Shown in pieces: positions 38,733 through 50,597 of a stretch of DNA of 64,000 bases. A program made the translations under genes and the position numbers. Origin of the DNA: Dimorphilus gyrociliatus (lineage: Eukaryota > Animalia > Annelida); assembly GCA_904063045.1 (NCBI GenBank), contig CAJFCJ010000007.1, forward strand, positions 62,001 to 126,000, in the 5' to 3' direction. The notes beneath the pieces are model-generated. The model did not search any database and was not told the origin of the DNA. It worked only from the letters and a program-made list of their open reading frames with translations. Each line of letters opens with the position of its first letter. Position 1 is the stretch's first letter.

Positions 38733-39956
38733 AGTTTGTCTTTATCCCTTTTTCTCTCCCTCTCTTGTTTTGACTATCCCCTCGATTGTTCCGTCTATAG
38801 TTAACAAATAATACTATCATTTAGATTTTTCCACTTGATTATTTCTCATCATACAATAATTAAAGCTAATAATTCTTTAAGAAGCTGGATTGATAAGCGA
38901 GATACTGCTTTTAAATGACGATATTACGCAATATCGGTATTTTATAGTACGTATGCAATTAAAAGAAAACGCAATACAAAAGCCTAAATTATGCCTAAAG
39001 TTTTCAGTTTTGATGTCAGGTGTTATGTATTGTTTAATAAAGGAAGTACTTAAAGAACAGTGTCTTCAGTTTCAAGTATATAGAATTTACCAATTTTGAA
39101 TGTAGCTAGTGACATCTTGCGACAATACAAGATAATTTACTAGTCAAATTCTAGTTTTAATTAACATAAGAAATTGTAACTAACTTAATTAGCCAGAAAA
39201 AATAAGCATGAAATAAATAATTCAATCTCTAAATTAATGAAAGAAAAGATACCATTAGAGATATTTTCAACTGATCTCAGTTAATATTAAAATCGATTCA
39301 TTAATAAAATCCCTTTCTTTATTTTATTGTTTTGCAATTTTAAATGATTTAGTTTAAACAGGCCTAAGATATTAATAACGTGGGTGTCTTAATCCAACTC
39401 TTTCAAAAAATATCATATCTTTATTCAAGCTTTGACTCAAATACCTATTACTAAATGCAATAGTATATGCAGGTATATATATAGAGATAGATATATATAT
39501 ACAGTATATTGCATACAAAGTGTTCTCGAGTTCAGCCTGAAATACTATATACTTATTATAGGTTGGTAAAGTAATAAAATAGATATAAATTGTTACTTAT
39601 GATAGAAGTAACTATTTAAAAAACGAAACTATGAAGTGTTTTCAATTAAGAGAATAAGTGAAATTTATTACAAAAAGGTAAATAAGCTACAACCAGTCTG
39701 TTTAAAGAAACGATCATTAAAGGATTGAAAGGAAAGAGAAAAATTAAGAGGAAAAAAAGGAAGGAGAAAGAAGCTACACGAAAGAAAGGACAGTTTAAAC
39801 AGAAAGAAAAAAGAAGCGGATTGAAGCAGAGAGAGAGAGAGAGCGCGATAGACTTTCGAGAAATATGCGCTTTTCTTGGTGCAAAGATTAAAGGATTGTT
39901 AAGAGTGATAGAGGCTAGAAAAGTTAGAAGCAAAACACATTATAGAAAACATCATT

Positions 39957-42900
39957 ATGGCTAGTGAACTGAATAGTTTACACAACCAAATAGCTTTGTT
40001 GAAAGCTAAAATATTCCGACAAGTTTGTAATCCTTATAACATATCTGTATGAAAAGATAATTTGAAATTCCTCTACCAAAAGCTTATAACCTAATGCAAT
40101 TTTGCTGATAATAAGAAAAATAGTCTTATCAGTCTATAATTCAAAATATAATATAATCAATAAAATCGTATTAAGGTTTATATATATGCACCTTAGAGAT
40201 TATAAGTAGGATACTCGAGTTTGGTAGTACCTGTAAATTAGATATTACTTTACAGATTAACACTTGCCATAACAACTCTTGCATTTGTCTGGTAAATAAG
40301 TTAATTTTTACTAAATTATATTTTTTAATATAATACATCTATATATATATATTACTAGATATAGCTTAATGAATCTTTTATAGAAAATATACTGGTACAT
40401 AATTAGATATTACTGGCTAGAAAGTTTAACGTTATTTATATTTTAGATAGGATATTGGTATAGAAACAGTAAACTGATAGTTGCTTAGGAAAAGCAGGAT
40501 TGTTCTATTGATTAATATAAATATATATTTCTTTTCTGTATTTTACCTAATTTTGTATTATATATATATATATATATATATCGTTTCTTTTTCCTATATA
40601 ATTTACAAGAAATTGGATGGAAATGAGGACGTGGAACGTTTACGTACTGCTTCTCTGAAAAAATTTCCAATAGGTTGTCATTGTTTATTTCAAAACGTTA
40701 TTATTTACTTTTCCGTATTAAATTACATAAATACAGAAGAACGTCATTTTCCTGACGCTCAGCAGCTAGATCCTGAGATGGAAATTAGCGAGGACAATGT
40801 AAAACTGCATCAAGCTATGTTAAGACGGCAAGAATTATTGGATAGAATAAGGGTGAACTTAGCAATTTATCAAGAATCTGATAGTTTAAACTGTTTTATT
40901 TTTTCTTTCCCTACTCAATATTTTCTCTTTTACATTAGCACGAACGACAGGTTAATGACGAATTAAGGAGGCCAAGATCCTATACAGGTAAAAGGTATAG
41001 AAGTCCTTCTCCTATAGCTCCCTCGAGACATTCTCTTCCTGGTTAGTTATCATTACTACTAAAAAATATCTTACTGAGTAATCACGATTCTTATCGTAAG
41101 AGAGAGGAAACCGTCACGTTATAGAACATCAATTCAGGCATGTTCAGCAAAGCCCTGTCCATTTACCACCTATCCAACAGCATCCTCCCAGTCAGCCAAT
41201 TTATTACCCACCGCCTGTGGTAGAGCAAAAAAACAGCAAAGCAGGTAATTAGCGAGTTAATTAGAGAACTAGTAACGTTATTTTTTATCTTATGAAATAT
41301 TTAAGATGTGATAAGATTAATACATTTTTTTATATCTTTGATTAGAACTTATGGAACTGATGCTTATGCAAAACGCTCAAATTCATCAAATGGTTATGCA
41401 ACAGATGATGTTAAGTGCAATTCCTCCAAAACCTTACCAGAATTATCCATCAGAACAGCAAGTAAATTATATTCCGCATTTGATATTAATTCTCAAGCAA
41501 AATCTATAGTAATACTAACCAAACTATTTTCACCTAGAAACCTACAATTAACCATTTCCATCAATATCCTAATCAGTATACCCAACTGCCTCCAATTCGA
41601 ACGTATGTATTTTCTACTCTATAATAATCGATTTATCGGTTATTAAAACCATCAATTTTTAAACTGGTTCTTCACAGACAAGGACTTTTGCCGACAAGAC
41701 ACGAACATAGGCCTCTTCCTATAGGTGATTAAAAATCATTAACTAATCTTTATAAATTAAAATTTACTTATCTGTGTTAATTTATCCTTTTGTGCTTGTG
41801 TAGTTTATGCTAGTCTCTTTTTCATTTGTATTTACGCTGCTTCAGATGCTCAGCAATTTCAAGAATCAGAACTAATCCAGAATTACAGACAGCAATGATT
41901 AACTGTGTGTCAATAATTTTACAATTCCATTATATGATTGTCTTTATTAAGTAATATACTTCTCTGCAAATACCAAAAACAAAAAGAATAACGCAAATTC
42001 TAAAATAACCGTCGAATACTATTTTGTCTTGACTGTTTTAACAATTATAGTAATAATAGTAATAATAAATTATTATATCAATTATCAAATACAATTTTTA
42101 ATAAAAATCAAAAATCTTCGGCAGAACGTAAATCGTCTAGAAGAAAGCGAAAAATTCCTTTTCCTGGCCCAGGTATATAGGCCTATATTATTAATAATAT
42201 TTAATTTATTTTTAATAAACAAATCTTAACAATTAGCATTAAAAAAAACTATTTTCTCTTTGTAAACAGAGTCTTTAAGAAAGTTTAGACGTGCGGCCTA
42301 CGCAGCGTATTTCATTAAATTACTTGCCAATAAAAGATTCAGGGTAAGGGATAGTTAGTGATAATTAAATATAAAATAAAGAGATTAAAGATAAAAACGA
42401 ATATAGTACATACTATATTTATAGAAAGAATACTAATAATTAAGTAAAGATAAACTAAACTGAGGTATTTATAACATGTAATTTTTGACTATTTACTAGC
42501 TTCGTACATCGGATAAAAATACATCTTTTATGTTTGGTATCAACTTGAAGGAGATAGTAGCAGCTCTACATAGAATTTACTTGGAAGTAAGTAATAATTT
42601 ATGATAAAATATTATTAGAAGACAGATTAATTCTATGCTATCTAACCTATTAACAAATGAAAAATTTTGTTAAGCGTTTAATTACAAACTATTTATCAGC
42701 CTACTGGGAAAATTTATTCCGCTTTGAGAGATGCAATTTCCGAGAAATCATCACCGTATGCCATTATCTTTGATTCAAATGCTAAAAAGGAAGAGTTGAA
42801 GAAAACTTATACAGAAATGGAATATGTAGTCGAAAATGTTGTTTACGGAATTACAGCTATTATGGTATGTATAGTTTTTTATTGCGTATACTCTAATCTC

Positions 42901-45900
42901 TGGAAATAAAAAAATAAGTAGTTTTTGATGAAATATTTACAAAATAGCTTTCTAATCCTGTCAAGAGATTATAGTCACAAGCATAAAAAAAACTTCACCC
43001 CCTCACCCCCTACCCACCTTCTTTTACACCCACCGTTATATCTTTCTATTGATCAATGTTGGTAAATCTTTAAGAGAGCTTAAAATAAAGCCAGATTTAT
43101 TCCAAGAAAATACTCCTTGTTTTGTAAACAAGGAAGTATTTGATATATTTTTTTATAAATATAAATATGCAAATGATTTAATATTTATGAATAAATAATA
43201 GGTAATTAAGTTTAGTAATATTTTATGCATATTCTCATAATTTACTCTCTTCTTTTTGGGTTCTTTGGCACAAGGAAATGTATATTGTATAGTTTTTTTT
43301 GTTTTAATATTGTTAAAAAAAAGGTCGATAGCTTTTTTTTTTTATTTTTACTATGACATTGTATACTTAAACTCAAGTAAATAGGAAGGCCTTATTTTCG
43401 CCTACTTAAATTTTAACATTAAAAGTATTAGTCATCTGTTAAGGTTTTGGATAGGTTTAAATATGAAGTGACAAATACCCAAAAAATTTTTGTTGGCTTA
43501 AGATAAGGATGCTAAACCTGTAAATATCCTCGACCTGGTTATTATTTATTTAAGTATTATTCTAAGGAAAGGTTAGAATTAACTTATAAGAGCTTGAATA
43601 AAAGGAAAATCTATAAGATCACAGAGTTAATTTAAACGGAATAAAAAATAATATTGAAATATGAATGAAATTAACAATTGTAATGATAATGACGATTGCG
43701 TGCTAAAAATCAATAAGATCTCGACCTCTGATAAGACTTATCATAGTGAAACTGGTTTCGACGCCTATTCAATAGATAAAATCGATGAGAACTTGAATGA
43801 AAGAATAGAAACTATGGAAAGAGACACTAAAGAGCAGGTTGCTTCGGATACAAAAGCAGGGGACAAAGATAATATTCCCATGGAAGAGAATTTAAATGAG
43901 GAGATAAGTTATACGGCAATCAATTACAATGAAAGAGGAATTAGTCATGATAAAGAAATTAGACAAATGATTGAGCTAAATAAATCTGAAGAGATAGGAG
44001 AATTATTACTTTCAAATATAGAGTTGAATAAAAATCTGGATCTAACAGACGATGACCTCGATTCTATGTTAGAGAATACAAATGTCGAAGAGATCAAAAG
44101 CAAAGGAAATAACGTTCGATTTAAAATCGAAGACGCTGAAGAGGCCAAAATCGATTTAGAAAAGGAACTAATTAACAATGAGGCAGAATTAAGTCCTGAT
44201 GTAGAAAATGATTTAGAGCATTTAAAGTCGCAGTCTAACGAAACAAATGCTTTAAAAATCGAAGAGGTACAAGCTGAAAAAGAAATAGTATCAGAAATAG
44301 GCGGTAAGGATGAAAGAAGCGTTGAATTGCCAACCGAACCGGATGTAGAACGGACGGAACCTACATTCGATAACCAATTGGATAATAAAGAAGTAATGGA
44401 GGAAGCTGAAAGAGAAATACTGGTAGAGTTCGCTGAGAATGAAAACGTTAAAGGGTCAAAATCTCTTGAAATTAAGGAAATTAATATCGAGGCAAAGGAA
44501 ACGAATAATGAAGGCAAATTGCGTGAAAAGGAAAATGAAAAACTGGACAAAAGTGGAATCGTAGCAAATGTCCTAAATTTAGAAGAAGAACAGAAAGAGC
44601 AAATTTCACGTAAACATGATGTTGATGGCAATCTCAACCTCGATTTTATTTTAAAAACAAATCAGGATAAGGTTAACCCACAAACAACAAGTATTAAAGA
44701 CGAATATGACTATTATAAAGATCTAGAGGAAACAAGCGTCACTATTGACGAATTGGTGAAAATAAATATGAAATATTTGATTTAGATTTTTCACTGTTTA
44801 TTTCGTAAAGAAAAGCACAAGAAAGATAGATTGATTAAAAGACTTAGTTTAAATAATTCTAATATTCATTCTTACAATATATAGTAGTAACATTATCATC
44901 TTTTTCTCATTAAAAACAAAACAAAACAAAAAGAAAAGAACAAATAGAAAATGTAAACAACTTTCTAGGTTTTTTTCTTTTGCTCTTTTACGTTATTGTT
45001 TATCCTCTAATTTTTTTTTATTAATGGCTTTTTCTTTTAAATTTTGCCGTTAAAAATCAATAAAACTGTTTCATTTAATATATATATTATGTTAATGAGT
45101 TTCTCTTTAAAGCTTATTTTTTTATGCCTTCTTATCTAGCCAGAAAGCGGAGCTTTGGGAACCAAAAATGTTAAATCCTCAATATTCAGCGTAGTACAAA
45201 ATGGTAAAACATTCCCACCGTCGTATTTTTTTAACTTTGAACAGGTACATTTACAGATAGATATGTTTATAATTAATCTCTATTAATAATTATTTATATC
45301 CTCTTTTAACATAATTGAAATGCGTCTCTATCTATAAAGGAGCGTCTGCGATTTGATGATAGAGGGAGAACGATTGGTTTGACTACTCAAGATTCTGTGC
45401 TAATTATTATTGGTCTTTTTATATCACGAGCTTTGGTGACAACAGTAAGTATTAGAAATAAAACAACTTTTACCATAGAGATTTCTGAAACACATAAAGT
45501 AAATCGGCTAATACCATTTGCTATTACTCTTATCACTGGTTACTCATTCCCTTATGTATATATACTGTATTTATAGAAATATATATATATATTCAAAATA
45601 TACAGTATATATTTAAATTGTCTATTGAAAACAGCTTTTAATGAAACCGTACGACTACCAACTATCTGTATCAAGATTGAATGATAAATCAGAAGGAAAT
45701 CTAAGGGTCTTATCAAGTATATTTATATACTTGGTAAGGCTTTGCTCAGTAAAGAATGAAAAGGAAATGGCTAAAGCGCCTGTAGAATTGTCCAACTATT
45801 TGTACGATGACACCCAACTGTCTCCCATACTGAAAAAGATGTCGAAGAGTATAAAATATTCAGAAAAATTAATTAGGGATTGGAGTACAAAATATGTTGT

Positions 45901-45955
45901 ACAGCTGAATAATTTAAAAGAAGAAGTAAAAAAATTGGAAAGTTTGTACGAATAA
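39957..45955 (+). CDS. C21orf58-like (DUF4587) protein with extended C-terminal domain (~541 aa, 15 exons)
   Basis: Exons 39957-40022, 40610-40673, 40737-40852, 40939-41041, 41101-41244, 41346-41461, 41538-41602, 41678-41724, 42125-42172, 42270-42343, 42500-42586, 42700-42864, 45140-45244, 45340-45444 and 45635-45955 give 542 codons with all phases compatible. The core ELMELMLMQNAQIHQMVMQQMMLSAIPP, together with HQAMLRRQELLDRIR and a Pro-rich linker, resembles C21orf58/DUF4587 (recalled similarity). Confidence 0.8.
43661..44785 (+). CDS. 374-aa Glu/Asn/Lys-rich low-complexity ORF inside intron 12 of the C21orf58-like gene (nested gene or alternative exon)
   Basis: An ORF of 1.1 kb is very unlikely by chance in this AT-rich DNA. 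It is strongly acidic, has an ATG two codons after an in-frame stop, and has a phase-0 GT donor at 44756 (TTG|GTGAAA). Confidence 0.75.
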   Translation: MNEINNCNDNDDCVLKINKISTSDKTYHSETGFDAYSIDKIDENLNERIETMERDTKEQVASDTKAGDKDNIPMEENLNEEISYTAINYNERGISHDKEIRQMIELNKSEEIGELLLSNIELNKNLDLTDDDLDSMLENTNVEEIKSKGNNVRFKIEDAEEAKIDLEKELINNEAELSPDVENDLEHLKSQSNETNALKIEEVQAEKEIVSEIGGKDERSVELPTEPDVERTEPTFDNQLDNKEVMEEAEREILVEFAENENVKGSKSLEIKEINIEAKETNNEGKLREKENEKLDKSGIVANVLNLEEEQKEQISRKHDVDGNLNLDFILKTNQDKVNPQTTSIKDEYDYYKDLEETSVTIDELVKINMKYLI

Positions 45956-46480
45956 TACAATAGAATATCTATGCATGACAAACAATACAAATATACTGTA
46001 TATTACTAACTTGTATACGCTAAACTACTTATATAATATTTAGTTACTTTCTAATTACCTTTGCTATTTTTCTGATATCATTCTTTCAATTTATCAACAA
46101 TTCCTTTTCTGAATAAATGATTATCATAAAATAACTAATCTAATCATTTTAGTTTATATAAAGAGAATGAAAATTAAACTATTAAAAGAGAATGTAACTA
46201 TTAATAAAATATTTGAATATTTTGCTTAGTTATGTTTCTTTTTTCAAAGAGGTAACAGCAGTATCTTATTTACTATCTTTTATTGAGGACAGTGAATCTT
46301 TTTTCGAATGGATAATCCATTTTTCTGAAGAATAATACTTTCAAATTTCAGGTTCATATTTTAGATTAACTTTATCCTTCAATATAGAACAAAAAACTTG
46401 GATTTTCTCTAGCGCTAAATAATATCTATGTCGTAAAAAGTGATAGATGGACCAAGTTAACCGCAAAATAAATTACCAGT

Positions 46481-46596
46481 AGTGACATCTAAAGGCAATA
46501 ATTTGTATTAGCCGCTATTCCTGTCGTGACTACATTTTATACGGATTCTAAAACCAATATACTTTGGAATATAAATGACAATCACTAGATGCCACT
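46481..46596. promoter_or_regulatory. Divergent pair of CTCF-like motifs
   Basis: 46481-46495 reverse-complements to CCTTTAGATGTCACT and 46583-46596 reads CACTAGATGCCACT. Both resemble the CTCF core CCACYAGRKGGCRS. Binding is not demonstrated. Confidence 0.5.
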
Positions 46597-49500
46597 ACAA
46601 GAGATATGGTCTGTAAAGTAACAATCTATTTATATACTGTATATATACAATTTATATATATATACTGAAAATACCGTTATGTTTTTTGCAAATATATAAA
46701 TTATAGTAGCAGTCAGTAGGAAAATAAAGAAACTTTAGTAACAATGCACTTTACAAAATGGTATGGAAAATTCCAAGAACTTTGTAGCATTTTCATTTTC
46801 AAGTCAGTTATAGTTTTTTGTCAATCTGTCATTTAAAGAGTTTAAAATTAGAAAAATAAGAAATCTACTGTCTCTGTAAATAAATGGTGCATCTTTTTCC
46901 AAAGAATTTTATGATCGATCTATTTGAATATGTTAAAAATTCTTCTTTTTTAGACTATTCGTCCTTGAATTACTAAAATTTAATAATATACAATTGTAGT
47001 ATTAAAATTTGTGTAAAAATATAGTTTCAATGACAGTTATATTGATTATTTTGATGGATAAATAGCAGAGAAATAATGAAATATTTGAATTATACAAGCT
47101 AAAACCAATATTTTTGTCTTTTTTGAGAAAGAAACATATTCTATTCATTTGAATTTACTCAATTATGATGGAGGAATGGATGTAAGGTTAAAATTTCTTA
47201 CGACGTGTCTATTGGAACGAAAGGAAGAGACCAATGCCATTTTGCTCTCTTTTTTTCTCTTTTACTGACTAATTTTATAATAGTTAATGTAGCTATTCGT
47301 GGGTTGTCTGAAGCTAAGCTTTCATTGGAAATTGTATATGTCTGGATCCTAATTGGTATATGTCCTTATTTTAGTTCTTCTTACTTTTTTCTTATTTTTT
47401 ATTACAAGTTGCCATGCTTTTCAATCTTCAAACTACTGTATAATTGATGGATATTGGATGTCTTTTGCCGAAACTTTGCATGCTACCGCGTCTTTTTTAT
47501 CAGTTCAACTGTATAAATGTTTACTTATTGATGAAATAGCGTTTCTTTTTCAACCGAAATAACTTTAGTTTCTTGTTGCCCGTTATATTCGAATTGTTGA
47601 AATTATAAGAATTAGTATAATATTACAAATTTTAACTATTTTACGCTTTAGGAATATTTATTAGTGTATATTGTCCAGCATTAAATGATCATTGCTATCT
47701 AATATAGTATTTAATTGAAAGATAGTATATGTTAATGTTATAATAAGAAATAATCAAATAATATCGTAATATTCATTGAATATTTATAGCATTTTTATTT
47801 CTAAATAAATATCTTTTTCGATACTGATAAGAAAGTAAATTGGGTGAGACAGTCTAAAGCAAATCAATATGAAAACTAGTTTTTATTATAAATATACTAT
47901 ATATAGTCTATAGCTTCTTTTATTTTACAAGCCTATAAGGGTACTAATCTAATTAAGTAAGATTTACAATATACTGAATTATTGATATTCTCTTGTTCAA
48001 AATTGTTTATATATACAGTCTATAAATTTATATATATATAATACATTTGATTCATAAATATATATATATACTGTGTATATATATAACATATATATTATAT
48101 GTATAACAAGTCCCCAGTAAATTGTGCATTTACAACTTGAGGCTATGCGAAAAAAAGTGTAATTATCTACTGTCAAATGGGATGGTAAAAATCGTAAAAT
48201 AAATTATGGTTATAAAATTATTTTGTCATTTCTTTCCTTCTCATTCCGACCATATCGACATCATCCAATCCTCTTCTTCTTTCCCCTTCCCTCCATCTTG
48301 TTTCTTATCTTAGGGAATACCCAATAACATTTTAGTAATCATTTTCCTTCTGTTTAAATATCAATTTGAATTTTTTCTTTCTACTCTATTTGCATAATTT
48401 TGCAGCAGAAACAAGTTGATTTTATTGGCATTATTAACCGTCTCTTCTCTTTCTCTCTCTCCCTCTTTTTTTTATAGTTCCATGGCGATTGTTAAAGGCC
48501 TCAAAAGGATTTAAAATACTTTGTAAATTAGTTAATATTCCCGAAAGTTTTAATGATTAACAAGAAATATTTTCCTTTAGACTTTTTATCAAATTGTTGA
48601 GTTATTTTCGAGCATATTATTCTCTTTTCTTATGATATACTGTATTTCTTCAGCAAATAAAGTATCTATACAAAGTACCAATAAATATTTTATATGCTAA
48701 GTGTAAAAGGATACTTGAAATAAATAGATTAGTAAATTTTAGACAAGAAATCTTTGAAAATAAATATAATTGTTGGCAAACCACTTTAGTTGGATAAAAG
48801 ATATTCACACTACAGCACCCTCTAGCGTTTAATTTCCAATTATTCCGGCTGTCTCTAAAAATCAAGCCTACAACTGCAATCAAACTGGACCCGTCAAATT
48901 GCATCTGAAAAAACAACTCAACGTATTGATCAACATCTTGGATCATTTGGACACTCTTCCGTCTCTTTCTATTCACTTTACAAGGTTTATATATTTACCA
49001 TCTATTTTTTGCCGTTCGCTAGCATAAAATCTCGTAGCCATTTTAACTTGTATACAATACATGATATATAATCTTATTGAGAGCAACTAATTTCAGTATA
49101 CTCTTTCTTTCTCCCTATCTATTTCTTATATTTGTATTACCTATTGTTCGAATTAGTCAATTTTTTAGTATAAACAAGTATTTATAAGTGTTACAAGACC
49201 TTTTACGACATAAGGAAGATACAGTTTATTTTTATGTACACATACTTTTTATATTATATTTGTTAATATAATTTTCGTAATCTCATTTCCACACACACAC
49301 ACACATACACTCTCTTTTTCCCTCTCTCTCTCTACCCTTTCCCCTCTAATAATTTCTTTTTCGCTAGCCATTTGAAAAGGTGTTGGTGCTGGTGTTCTTG
49401 GATTTTTGTAAATTGGTCTTCTTTATCCTTAAAAAGAGAGGCTAATAGACGGGCTTTAACATTAGCTATAGTGAAAAATGTCCCCGGTTTCTATAATCTG

Positions 49501-49823
49501 GATTATACTTGTTTGCTTGTGCTTGTTAGCGGTGGCCACATCTGCAATTGCAGTTATAAGATACTGTCTACAAAAAAGCAGGTTGATTCTTAATTCCTTG
49601 AAATGCTTTTTTAGTAAAGAATAGTAATGATTTTTAATTTGAAGTTAAAATTCTGTATTCTTTTCTCAGGGAACAAGATTTTACAGAATTAACTGAGGAA
49701 GAGGAGGAAAACGACGCACTCTCCCATCAAGCTGGAGCATTTCCCATTTGACGAAATATGGAATATGAAACACAACCTTTCGTTCACTTTCTCGTTCTCT
49801 CTCCGCTTCAAAAGCCTGAAATA

Positions 49824-49837
49824 GCTAGGGGGCAGCA
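49824..49837 (+). promoter_or_regulatory. CTCF-like motif
   Basis: GCTAGGGGGCAGCA is a close match to the CTCF core. Confidence 0.5.
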
Positions 49838-50553
49838 TTACAAATGATTATGATTATTTCGGTTTTTCTCTATTTTTTTATATTAAATATTCTATCCTTG
49901 AAGAGATTTTACGCATATATAAACGTGATTGCATATTTTCTCAAATGATAAAGAACAGAGATGTATTCAGTTGAATTTTATACAAAAGAAATTTGCCTTT
50001 CATTCTCAAGCGAATCATGCATGACAAACTAATATCACCATGATCCTTTAAAACAGCCCGAGAGGCGAGTTGTCTCATGCCAGCTGGGTCTCTTTGTACT
50101 TAAATAGCTTAAATTTATTTATTTTTTTCTAAGAAGACAATCGTAGGTTCCAAAAAAGGACATTTTTTTTAAAGAAAAAATAGGTACTATAAACAAATGC
50201 TCCCTTTAATAGAAAATACGTAATTTTACAACATCCTTTTTCGTTGTCTTCCTTATTCTTATATTCATGGACAAGAAGTTTTAAAACTGGTACCAATATA
50301 AAGAAAATAATTTCCCTTGCCTGCAATCAATATTGCAGTCTATAAGGGTATACATAAAAAACTTGTTCTAAAGCTTATTCTGGTTGTAAAACAGCTATTC
50401 TGACGAAAAGGGGAGAACGTTATTTTTTTCATATGTTATTTTTATACAAAGATAAATAGTGTATACACAATATGTATACAAATTTTTTGCTCTATATATA
50501 TATATTTGCATATGTATATATATATATACAGTATATACTGTATATATTACAAA

Positions 50554-50559
<6 letters not shown>

Positions 50560-50594
<35 letters not shown>
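50560..50594. repeat. (TA)n microsatellite with adjacent TATACAGTATATACTGTATA palindrome
   Basis: Read directly. The palindrome is at about 50525-50544. Confidence 0.9.

Positions 50595-50597
<3 letters not shown>

Noticed and set aside
36350-38811. Several 60-95-aa ORFs with SLSLSL or YIYIYI runs (also 50395-50676)
   Set aside because: They are translations of (CT)n/(TA)n microsatellites.
39725-39964. Lys/Arg-rich 79-aa ORF
   Set aside because: It is purine-rich promoter/5' UTR sequence with a non-ATG start, upstream of the real ATG at 39957.
43945-44637. 230-aa minus-strand Ser/Phe-rich ORF
   Set aside because: It is the antisense shadow of the Glu/Lys-rich ORF, whose GAA/AAA codons generate few stops on the opposite strand.
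47353-47562. ORF with a signal-peptide-like N-terminus
   Set aside because: It has no ATG start, the hydrophobicity comes from T-rich DNA, and no neuropeptide cleavage pattern is present.
50525-50544. Resemblance of TACTGTATA motifs to the bacterial LexA SOS box
   Set aside because: The DNA is eukaryotic and the half-site orientation and spacing are wrong, so the resemblance is coincidental.
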